DNA of 64,000 bases from Barthelona sp. PAP020 (lineage: Eukaryota). The stretch is taken from assembly GCA_040182905.1 (NCBI GenBank), contig JARQWU010000020.1, positions 1-64,000 of the forward strand. Direction: 5' to 3'. The notes under the pieces are model-generated. The model searched no databases and was not told the DNA's origin. It was given only the letters and a program-made list of their open reading frames with translations. This document shows positions 21,800 to 31,300 of the stretch, in pieces; the first letter of the stretch is position 1, and the number at the start of each line of letters is the position of its first letter. Made by a program: the position numbers and the translations under genes.

Positions 21800-22039
21800 G
21801 GGCAAAAAAAATTAATGATGAAACATTGAAAAAATCTTTTCAACTTTTTTTTTAGCTTTCAGTTGCAATTCAATTTATTGTATTATTCAATAAAGTAGTG
21901 TGATATTCTGTTCAAAATTTGTTATTTACCTAAAAAGAACTGTATTAATACAAATCTTATTTTTGATTTCCGCAAGTTGTGATTTCAAAAACCGATAAAT
22001 TTGCAAATATTGACACCACTAAAAATATTTTGAGAGCGT

Positions 22040-22205
22040 TTTCCTTTGAAAAATTAATCGTTAGGTGGATAAACTTGTAATTTTTGACTTCAGCAGGAGT
22101 TCCATGTCATAATACAACAAACAAAGTTATTCTTGATTGAATAAATTGAATAAATAACAACCAATTTTTCTCACTGTAAATGCCAATATACTTGTTTCAC
22201 AACTA
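22040..22205 (-). repeat. Island repeat family, degenerate copy I joined head-to-tail to copy G
   Basis: Reverse complement reads AGTTGTGAAACAAGTATATTGGCATTTACAGTGAG (start motif) and GAAGTCAAAAATTACAAGTTTA..ACCTAA..TTTTTCAA. Confidence 0.55.
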
Positions 22206-22211
22206 CAGTAA

Positions 22212-22794
22212 CAGGCCATGAAGCACTTTAAGGTTGAGTGAATGAGAAAGAATAGCGTTTATTTGGTTAAAGGCTTTACAGGCCCGATTAAACTGTTGAA
22301 CAATGTTTTTTTTCTTAAATGAAAGTTAGACACCTCAAACTTGGAAATGAAATGGGGCATAAATTTTATCCCAAATTGTCCTTGCCTGACAAAATTGAAT
22401 GTAAACAGCTTATTTCCTTCTCATGGCAAGACTTTCCCCTAGATAACAGCAATAAGATTTCTCCTTTCTTTTCTCTGAAAGTTAAATGTGTTGAACACAA
22501 CCAAACAATTGGTTTAATGTTTTTGAGACTTAATTGATCAAAACTTCTTCAATTCTTTGAATGCCAAACTTCTCTTGAAAGAACGAAAACAACAACTCAG
22601 AGGTGAACTTGAAGTATAAAATGATAGGCGGGTGAGGCAAGTAAATGTGTTTAATTGAAAACACCAAACCACACTTTAAGGAACTTCGTTGATGGTAAAG
22701 GGTCAATTCTTTGGGATCAGTTTGGTAAGATACGATATGGCTGAGAGTTCAAAGGCTTCCTGTTGAGTTATTTCAAATAAACAGGTGTTTGTCT
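22212..22794 (-). repeat. Island repeat family, copy G (long type), runs into assembly gap
   Basis: Direct repeat of copy F; shares GAGTGAATG..GTTTATTTGGTTAAAGGCTTT with copy B. Confidence 0.9.
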
Positions 22795-22835
22795 NNNNNN
22801 NNNNNNNNNNNNNNNNNNNNNNNNNNNNNNNNNNN
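22795..22835. other. Assembly gap (N run)
   Basis: Run of N characters. Confidence 1.
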
Positions 22836-22954
22836 CACACCGTATATAAAAGCTTTCGTATACCTTTTCTTGTACCTAACGTGAATTCTGAATCGGTTGA
22901 CCAAAACAGCAAAGATACCATGGAGTAATTTCCCCAACCCCAGTTAGTAAATAT

Positions 22955-23030
22955 AAATTAAAGCCTTTAATTTTGCCCTTTCGTCTAACGTGAAATTAAA
23001 GCCTTTAATTTTACCCTTTCGTCCAACGTG
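22955..23030. repeat. Two tandem 38-bp units, each with an internal palindrome
   Basis: AAATTAAAGCCTTTAATTTTRCCCTTTCGTCYAACGTG x2, 2 mismatches. Confidence 0.92.
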
Positions 23031-23084
23031 AATTGAAAGTTGTAAGTTGGGAGACTCGATCCTGCATACATATTCTTGTGTTGG

Positions 23085-23089
23085 AAAAA
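23085..23089 (-). terminator. Pol III terminator (T5) of tRNA-Ala
   Basis: TTTTT immediately 3' of the discriminator base on the minus strand. Confidence 0.75.
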
Positions 23090-23162
23090 TGGACTATCAG
23101 GGCGTCGATCCCCGTGCCTCCCGCATGCTAAGCGGGTGCTCTACCAGGTGAGCTAATAGCCC
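23090..23162 (-). tRNA. tRNA-Ala (anticodon AGC)
   Basis: GGGCTATTAGCTCACCTGGTAGAGCACCCGCTTAGCATGCGGGAGGCACGGGGATCGACGCCCTGATAGTCCA: cloverleaf, G3:U70 identity pair, eukaryote-type GATCGA T-loop, no encoded CCA. Confidence 0.97.
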
Positions 23163-23327
23163 ATATACAACTTCCAAAAAAAGACAATTTGGGAAATAAA
23201 AATTTGAGGATTTCTTTTTAACATTTCACAATAAAACGATGAAACAACCAAATTATTGACAAATAAGATTAAAAAAAAGAAAAATTAGGTTAATTGACTG
23301 TACCTGGGAATAAATAAATAAAATAAT

Positions 23328-23405
23328 GTTTTATTGACTGAAGGCTTTTGGGCTCAAATAATTTATTGAAACTTTAGGTTTTTCATTAATGAAAGTTAAA
23401 AATCT
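23328..23405 (-). repeat. Island repeat family, degenerate fragment J
   Basis: GTTTTATTGACTGAAGGCTTTTGGGCTC..TTGAAACTTTAGGTTTTTC..GAAAGTTAAA resembles 13675-13750. Confidence 0.6.
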
Positions 23406-23439
23406 TTGAATTATTTCTTTACAAAAGAAAAGAGCAAAA

Positions 23440-23760
23440 TTGTCCAGTGGTGAAACAACCACATTTATTTACAAAGAAAGTAAACTCAGAACACTCATTC
23501 CAGCAAATTTCAGTCAAAAACACCAAGGAGGAATTGAGCGACTGAAATGTAATTTGAACGATCAAGTGGGGTAATTTCGGAGGAATTCTTCATTCCTATT
23601 TTTTTGTATTTTTGCAAAAGCAAAATTTTAAAGTTTGAACTTTACCTTAGAAAATCTAAAGTTTTTCAACAGATCAATTGGGCCTCGAAAGCCTTTAACC
23701 AAATAAACACTATTCTTTTTTATTCATTCATACGCACCTTGTTTATTGGCTTGGAAATAA
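23440..23760 (+). repeat. Island repeat family, copy E (short type, intact terminus)
   Basis: Close reverse complement of copy B along its whole length; ends GGCTTGGAAATAA. Confidence 0.95.
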
Positions 23761-23787
23761 TTGAACTAAATTTCAGTTGATCATTTC

Positions 23788-23868
23788 TTTTTACTGAAAT
23801 TTACTTGAACAAGTTTTTTGAATTTACTTTCTCTTCTCATCATTATGGGTATTTCACAGCTGGTCCAA
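23788..23868 (-). repeat. Island repeat family, inverted start fragment H
   Basis: ACTGAAATTTACTTGAACAAGTTTTTTGAATTTACTTTCT..TTTCACAGCTGGTCCAAT matches 13869-13945. Confidence 0.75.
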
Positions 23869-24185
23869 TTAAAAAATAAATGCATTAAAATACAGAATTC
23901 ATTTGTATATATAAAGCTGCACAAAAAGAAATACATATGAGATTAGTTAATGTGTTTATTGTAACAACATCCTTCTTTTGGTAGAACTAATTGTTAAAGA
24001 TTTATCGGTTCAACTATTCTCCTCCTTTGATAGATAGAGTAATTTATAATTGGATCAAAAAAAAAAAAGCCTTCTTCAGCTTCACTATCACAATATCATT
24101 TATCGACGCTTTTCAAAAAATCTAACAAGTAATTAGGTTTCAATTGATTTTATCTTTCATTCAATGGTTCTAAGATGGAAACTGA

Positions 24186-25520
24186 TTATTTTAGAAGAGT
24201 ATCAATTTCAGCGGCCAAATATAATGAACCAACAAAAATCAAGTCACCATCAAAACTGTTGATCAACGTCTTCGGATCTATTTTGGTACAATTGACTTGA
24301 TTTTCTCTGAAAAAATTAACAATATTATCATGTCTAGCAAAAATCTCATAATTACCACTTTTTAAAATCGCTAACGAGTCTTTAAGTATTGATTCTACTC
24401 GAAATATTCTGTTGTAAGTCAAATCAATGAAAACTCCAAGTTTCTTATCTTGTTTTTGCAAAGCTTTGTTCTTTGCAGACATTTCTTCAATCAGCCATTC
24501 CAATGCCATATGAATAGACTTGGGTGTGTGACATCCATCAATGGCTATGTGATTATTTCCTTTTACTCTGAAGTCGCATCGTCCAACAAGACGTGCATCT
24601 TTTAATCCCTTCCTAATTTCATCAGGAGATAAAGGTTCTAAGCCTTGACATCTGAAAAAACATTGCACCATTGCCACAGCAATTGCGGCATTCTCGTTTG
24701 AAAAAGGACCAGCAATTCCAAAGTTTGAAATTACACCTTTTCCGTAAGGTTCAACTGTAATACAATGATTTAACATCACTTCCTCTTCCAATTCAGAGTT
24801 TTGAGGAGCAATAAAACAGGGAATCGATGGTTTCACAATACCTAATTTTGCTTTGATAATATCTAACAATGTTTCTCCCAAGATTTCTTGATGATCAAAA
24901 TCAATTCTACTTATACCAGTGACCATGGGCTTACAAATATTTGTCGAGTCATCTTTTCCACCAATCCCAGTTTCCAAAATCAAAACATCTGGTTTATATA
25001 ATTCTGATGCAATAAATGCCGCACCTGTCATAAAACGAAAAAAAGCAGGTGCAATTTCGTCGTTGTCCATATCTACAAATCTATTCCAAGTTTCAACGAT
25101 GGAATTTTCAAAATATTCTTTATTCACATCACCATTGAATAAAATTCGTTCAGACACATCTCTAATATGTGGAGATGAAAATCTGATGGTATTTAGATTG
25201 CGAATTCTCAGAAGAGAATCGATAAATGCACATATTGATCCTTTGCCCTTTGTTCCAGCTACATGAATTGTAGGAATATCAATATTCGTGTGAATTTTGT
25301 CAAAAAAATCTTTAGTAATATCATTGGGATTGGATTTCAATTTCATTAAAGTTTCCTGATTGGACATCAATGAATTGAATATTTGTTGGGGATTGGATGT
25401 CTTTTCCAGTTTGTGAATATGTTCTTTTCTGAAATTCTCAATAGAATTGATATTTCCAAATTTTGAATTTAATATATTGATAAATATGTTATTTTTGTTG
25501 TGTCTTATACTTTTAATCAT
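24186..25520 (-). CDS. folC: Folylpolyglutamate synthase / dihydrofolate synthase (FolC family); start uncertain
   Basis: HVAGTKGKGS, SPHI..V.ERI, ETGIGGKDDSTNI, DFDHQEILG, DGCHTPKS, GSLYLA. Confidence 0.9.
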   Translation of the reverse strand: MIKSIRHNKNNIFINILNSKFGNINSIENFRKEHIHKLEKTSNPQQIFNSLMSNQETLMKLKSNPNDITKDFFDKIHTNIDIPTIHVAGTKGKGSICAFIDSLLRIRNLNTIRFSSPHIRDVSERILFNGDVNKEYFENSIVETWNRFVDMDNDEIAPAFFRFMTGAAFIASELYKPDVLILETGIGGKDDSTNICKPMVTGISRIDFDHQEILGETLLDIIKAKLGIVKPSIPCFIAPQNSELEEEVMLNHCITVEPYGKGVISNFGIAGPFSNENAAIAVAMVQCFFRCQGLEPLSPDEIRKGLKDARLVGRCDFRVKGNNHIAIDGCHTPKSIHMALEWLIEEMSAKNKALQKQDKKLGVFIDLTYNRIFRVESILKDSLAILKSGNYEIFARHDNIVNFFRENQVNCTKIDPKTLINSFDGDLIFVGSLYLAAEIDTLLK

Positions 25521-25803
25521 TCATTTAAATGGTTATAACAATAAATTATGAATTTGAAATTTATAATAATTACAAATCACTTACTCTCTTTAACACTTCC
25601 TTATATCACATTTTAGCTGTTTCCATCAACTTAAACAAATGAGAATTTTTAAATTGTTTTTTTTAACAGAAGAAACTATACCTGATATTCCATGTTAATG
25701 GTAATGAAATAAATTCTCACTTGCATATTCAGAAACTTTATGGGTTGACTTCTTTAATTTTCTCTTGTTTTCAACTTTCAATCATTTTTTTTCAAGATAA
25801 CGA

Positions 25804-26859
25804 ATGAGCGATATCAAATTAATCATTAATCCTACCGAAACCAAGTTGTTGGCACAATGTAATTTGGATATTCATGACCGAGTTGTGGATATAATCAAAG
25901 AAAGAGGAAGAGCAAATATTTTATTGGCAAGAGGCAGATCAACTCAATTTTTTCATTCTGCATTAAGTTTATGTGCGATGTATTATACTGACAAGACAGT
26001 TAAAATGATTGACTTTTCGAAAATACATTTGTATTATGTTTCTGAATTTATTTTTGACCAAGGTAATATGAATAGTACTGAATATGCCACATTATTGAAC
26101 AATATGTCACAAGATCCTTTTCTAATAAATGCTTCTGGAACGTTAAATTTCCCACCAGAGAATTGTCATTTATTTGATGTCACGATACCTTTTGTTGACA
26201 TGGAAGAATACATAAAGGAATATCGTAGGTCAATATTGTTAGCTGGTGGTATTGATCTTGCTGTTTTGGGTGTTGGTGCCAACGGTCGTGTTGGGTTTAA
26301 TGAGCCGGGATCTAATATTGACAGTTCAGCAAAAATAGTTCATCTTAATGAGAAAACTCAAAAGGAACTGAATCATTATGGAGATCTGGCTTCTTTTGAC
26401 ATCAAGCACTCATTTACACTTGGTATTCCTGATATTTTATCTTGTCGAGAGATATTTGTCTTTGCTCTTGCAGCAGAAAAGAAAGAAGCTATTCGTCAAT
26501 TAATATTTGAAGAGCCAACATCACGATGGCCCATTTCATGGCTCAGATATCATTCTAATGTTACTGTCATAACCTCTGACCAGGCTTTAGGATTTGAAAT
26601 AAACAGCAATGATGTTACGATTGCAGAATTGAAGGAACATTTGGCTGCTGATGAAACTGTACGCTCAAGAAGAGCTTCTCTTTCTAAGTTTCAATCTAAT
26701 CAGGGTAAAATTATTCCTGTTGCGGTTCCTTTACCTTCACAACCTTCTGAATATGTGGCAGTGAAGAATATCGATTTATCAAAAAGAAACACTTCTTTCA
26801 GTCCAACGGAATTAATGAGTACGTCTTATAGTAAACTGGATCAATTTTTAGTCAATTAA
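25804..26859 (+). CDS. Divergent stand-alone NagB-like protein with C-terminal extension
   Basis: GGIDLAVLGVGANGRVGFNEPGS, TLGIPDILSCREI, WPISWLRYHSNVTV. Confidence 0.85.
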   Translation: MSDIKLIINPTETKLLAQCNLDIHDRVVDIIKERGRANILLARGRSTQFFHSALSLCAMYYTDKTVKMIDFSKIHLYYVSEFIFDQGNMNSTEYATLLNNMSQDPFLINASGTLNFPPENCHLFDVTIPFVDMEEYIKEYRRSILLAGGIDLAVLGVGANGRVGFNEPGSNIDSSAKIVHLNEKTQKELNHYGDLASFDIKHSFTLGIPDILSCREIFVFALAAEKKEAIRQLIFEEPTSRWPISWLRYHSNVTVITSDQALGFEINSNDVTIAELKEHLAADETVRSRRASLSKFQSNQGKIIPVAVPLPSQPSEYVAVKNIDLSKRNTSFSPTELMSTSYSKLDQFLVN

Positions 26860-26904
26860 CATTGTAAATAAATTATATAATCATCACTTTTTTTTTGGAA
26901 AAAT

Positions 26905-27939
26905 ATGACCTCAAATGAATCTTTAACCATCTGGATTGATGGTTGCTTTGACATGATGCATTATGGGCATGCTAATGCATGTAGACAAGCAAAAATTGCA
27001 TCAAAAGGAGGAAAAGTTATTGCGGGTGTTCATTCTGATGAAATTATTGAATTGAATAAAGGACCAACTGTTTTAACTTTGAAAGAAAGAGCAGCATTTC
27101 TCAGAAATATTAGATGGGTTGATGAAGTCTTTGAAAGTGCTCCTTGGGTGACTAATATTGATGTTTTAAACAAATGCAATGTTGATTATGCTGTTCATGG
27201 AGAAGATATTGTCATTGGAGCTGATGGAGTTGATTGTTATGGTGAGATTAAAGAAGCAGGAAAATTTATGGTAATTAAAAGAACTTCCGGTGTATCTACC
27301 ACTAATGTGTTAACTAGAATATTAGATTATGGTGTTGAGAACAGCCATAAGGGAGTGGAATCCAAATGGTCTAAAGGACATGATTTTTTGGCCACTTCAG
27401 CAAGGTTCAGTCAATTTTCTCCTGATAAGGAACCAAAATTGACTGATATTATTGGTTTATGTCATGGTTCTTTTGATTTATTCCATTGTGGTCATGTTTC
27501 ATTGTTTGAAGAAGCCAAAAAAAATTGTGATTACCTGTATGTTTCCTTGATTGCAGATGAAGAATTAAAAAAGAATGATGAAGAAGCCTTTATGACCTTG
27601 ATGGAACGAGCACTTTCTGTTCTCTCTTCCAAGTATGTTGATAATGTTATAATTGGCACTAACTACACGTTGCAAGAGTTTGTTTTGGATTCTTTCAATG
27701 TAAATAAGGTTTTTACCTCTGTCAATAGCAATGATAGGCGATTTGAAGGTGTTGATTCAGCAAAAATTCTATTTTTAACTTCCCAATTTGATTATATGAG
27801 TAAATCTCATCTTATCAAACGAATTCAAGATAGTAGGATTGTTTATGAAGAAAGAAATAAAAATAAACAAGAAAAAGAGGAAAAAATGTTAAAAGATGGT
27901 GGTCAAGTTCATTCTCTTGATGTTACCATGTTATCTTGA
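26905..27939 (+). CDS. PCYT2: Ethanolamine-phosphate cytidylyltransferase
   Basis: Two CT domains: WIDGCFDMMHYGHANA..RTSGVSTT and GSFDLFHCGH. Confidence 0.93.
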   Translation: MTSNESLTIWIDGCFDMMHYGHANACRQAKIASKGGKVIAGVHSDEIIELNKGPTVLTLKERAAFLRNIRWVDEVFESAPWVTNIDVLNKCNVDYAVHGEDIVIGADGVDCYGEIKEAGKFMVIKRTSGVSTTNVLTRILDYGVENSHKGVESKWSKGHDFLATSARFSQFSPDKEPKLTDIIGLCHGSFDLFHCGHVSLFEEAKKNCDYLYVSLIADEELKKNDEEAFMTLMERALSVLSSKYVDNVIIGTNYTLQEFVLDSFNVNKVFTSVNSNDRRFEGVDSAKILFLTSQFDYMSKSHLIKRIQDSRIVYEERNKNKQEKEEKMLKDGGQVHSLDVTMLS

Positions 27940-28308
27940 ATAAATTTTTCCAATTTTTTTTCTTTTTTGTCCTCGTGAGGGGTATTTTTTTTTGGACCTA
28001 CATCAATTTTGAACAAGAACAATTTTTCAAATTTTTTGCCTTGATTTTAGTCACATCAATTGTTATAAGGTACATATTACTGAAATCTTCAATTCATATG
28101 CTCATTGAAAAAAAGGACTGAACGAGAAAAGATAACGAATTATTTCTTTTTCAAACCTTGCATTTTTTCATACACCCCCCTCCAAAAAAAAAAAAAAAAA
28201 AAAAAATTTCCTATTTATACAATCAGTGAGTCAGAAGTTTTGAAATGTATATCAAGTTTTTAATAATTGAATTAAGCAAAAAACCATCCCAATTTCATTT
28301 TATCCTTC

Positions 28309-31300
28309 TCATCTCCATAATCTTTCTGTGGCATTGATATTTATTTTTTGATTTTCATGATATTTCAGCAAATATTTAGTTTCTTTCTTAAAAACATCCT
28401 TTAATTCAAGTAAAAAGGCAATGACTATGTTTCTATCACCCTTTATTATGTTCATGTATAAATTCTTGAAAGAAATCATGTCCTTTTCAATTTCTAAAAC
28501 CTTTAAACATTTTTTCACATTGTTGATACATTCAGCATTTTTCGTTGGGTTAAGAACAATACCACGAATCCCTCGTCCAAACAGAATTCCTAATAATTGA
28601 GCCAAAGCAATACCATCAGTAAACAAAGTGCAAGGTTCTTCGGTCAACTGATCTTTTGCGACTTCAAACCCAATATTCTTTAACCATTCTAAAACAGTAT
28701 CCAGACCTTCAACATCAGTTGTTTCTATTATTGGCGGTCCAATAGTTGTTCGTATATTAGGTATCATTGGTGGTATGTGTTGTTTAGCAGGGCTTTGTAT
28801 CAATTTAGTGGCAATAGGTGTATGTGCTTGAAGTTCAGTTGTTGAAGAAATGTGAACACGATCAGGTGCCTCAAGTTTTGCAAATTTCATCAAGCTGGTT
28901 TCGTTCATTTCATGTGAATTAGAACGAATCCATCCAGATTGTGGTTGAGACTGTTTATTTTGAGGTTGTTGCTGTTCGGAAAAACCAGTGGTCTTTTCAT
29001 CAGTTTGAGTTGACAACAATGCCTGTAATCTTGCACTAGCTCCACTTATTAATCTGTTCTCATTCGAGCCAGTATCAATTTCACTCATTAATGTGTTTCT
29101 GTTGACAGTAGCATCTGATAATGTTCGTTTTAAAGGAGCAGCAATCGTAAAAACTGGCTTATTTTGTTGTCTTGCTGAACTGATTGAATTGAATCCTTTT
29201 GAATCAATTGTATTGGAAAGATCATTCAATTCATTAGTGGAATATTCAGCAAGTTCATTGTTAAATTCTTGAATTTGTCGTTTTGACTTCACTGGAGATT
29301 CAAATTCAGCTATATCTGTTAGATTCAATTTTGATTTTTTATTTAATTTTTTTTGACTTCCTGTTGTGGAACCATTGTTTATGATTTCATCAACAATTTC
29401 AACGATATCATTATTTTTATTAAAATCATCATTTAAACTAATATTCGAAGAATATTTTGTAGCAGATAATAATTCTTGCACTTCATTCAGCAGATTTTCA
29501 CTTGTTTCCACATTTTTTATCTCGGTTTGAGGTGTTAATTCAAGATGTTTGGCAAAAGTGTGAATATCTGCCAATAAATATGTTACAAATTCCATATCTC
29601 CAGAAACAATTCTTTCAGCTTCAAATAAATATCGAGGATTCATTAAACTTAAACTTCTAAACGCATTCATTGCCTTTTCAATATTGCTAATACATACTCT
29701 TTTTGTTTTTGGATTCCAATCTATCGAAGTAATAGTTTTTTGCGTTAAAAAGGTATATAATTTAGCAAAAAGCAAACCACTAACCACAGAAGATTCTAAA
29801 TCAACAAACGTCATCTCACGATTCTTCGGGAATAACCCAATAGAAATAATCCAATGCACAATCATCTTTCTCATCTCACTCAGTTTACGCATCTTTGAAC
29901 TCTTTTTGCCTTCATTCAATAATGGTTTTCCATTAAAATGTCGTTGTAAATATGTATGTCCTTTATCTTTTTTATGTTTTTGACTTTTTTGTTTATCATA
30001 TACATTTTTTAATCCTCTTATCAATGAATAAAATATATCTGAATTTCCACCAACTACCTCTTTTGGATTTTGCAATAAAGAACTGTTGACTTGGGCATAA
30101 CTGGATTGTGCCAAAAAATCAAATGCTCTTTGCACATTTGCATAACATTGATTCAATGAAATGGGGTTTCTATACTGAGGTGCAGGATTGGGAACATCAG
30201 AATCCCTTTCATAAAACAATAATGTCAGTAAGTCATTTAACAATGTTCCATTTCTTACAATATCTCGCATTGGAGAAATATTTCGTTGTGAATTGGCATC
30301 TAACAGATTAAAACCAATCTCAATGAGCCATTTCCTCAGTTGATTTTTGGTTTGTCTATCAATCTCGACAACTTGTTCATGAATGGCATTTTTCTTGACT
30401 TCTTCCGTTAATGGTGTGGTTTTAGCTCGTTCAACAGCAACAGGAGGCTGAATTTTCTTTTTATCACCAGATTTCATCTTTATATTGCTTTGATGCCTTC
30501 TATAGGCAGATCTGATATCATACAACAGACCAAAAGTATGCTCACTTGACCCTTCAACTAATTCAGGAATTGAAAAAAGATAAGTAGACGCCATCTCTTT
30601 TTTTTTTCTTAAAATATCCAAACACTTCCTAAAATTACGCACCTTTTCGGCTTTCTTTTTTGGATTAAGAAATATCCCTTGTAAAGTAATTTTCTTTTCA
30701 AGTTTCGCAACCAATTTCGTAAGAATTACACCAGTTTTTAACTCTTCTAATGCATCATTCAACAATAAATCTTTTTCTTTTTGAATGTTAAATAATTCAT
30801 TCAAAGAGCTGCCTAAAACCTTGGAAATGTACAAAAGAACATTAAGTTGTTCCCCAGACAATCCTACTTTTTTACTGGAAATTGTTTTTCGAGGTTCATA
30901 TAATTCAATAATTGGTTCTTCAATTATCAGATTTTCATTTATCATATCTTCGATTTCTAATATTGGTGAAGGATATTTTGAACTCTGTGTATTTTCAGAC
31001 GGTTTTGTTCTTTTATTCGAAAATTCAGTTCTATTTCTTGCTTTTTCACTGAAAAAATCAGTATTTTTCAAAGTTTTGGTCTTCATTGTAACAGGTTTTT
31101 TTTTCATCTTCAATTTATACGCTTGCAATCTCTCTTTCTCAACAATTTTTTTATGACATGAATCTTCTTCCTTTAAACTAAAGAAATCTTTCTCGTTGAT
31201 AGTGAAAGAAGAAGAAAGAGTCTTTTTCAATGTTCTGTCATTTGGTCTGTCATTTGTTTCATCATTTTTCTTTTTAAGAGGGGTTTTTCGCTTTGAACTC

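Noticed and set aside
18731..22794. Canonical LTR retrotransposon
   Set aside because: No gag/pol, PBS, PPT or TG..CA ends recognised
22955..23030. Palindromic 38-bp repeats as a CRISPR array
   Set aside because: Only two directly abutting units, no spacer, eukaryotic context
23049..23066. Second tRNA or B-box relic (GGATCGAGTCT on minus strand)
   Set aside because: No cloverleaf or A-box can be built; the match is too short
25365..25520. N-terminal extension of FolC as an organellar targeting peptide
   Set aside because: Composition is what AT-rich upstream DNA would give; the true start may be MSNQETL; cannot be supported
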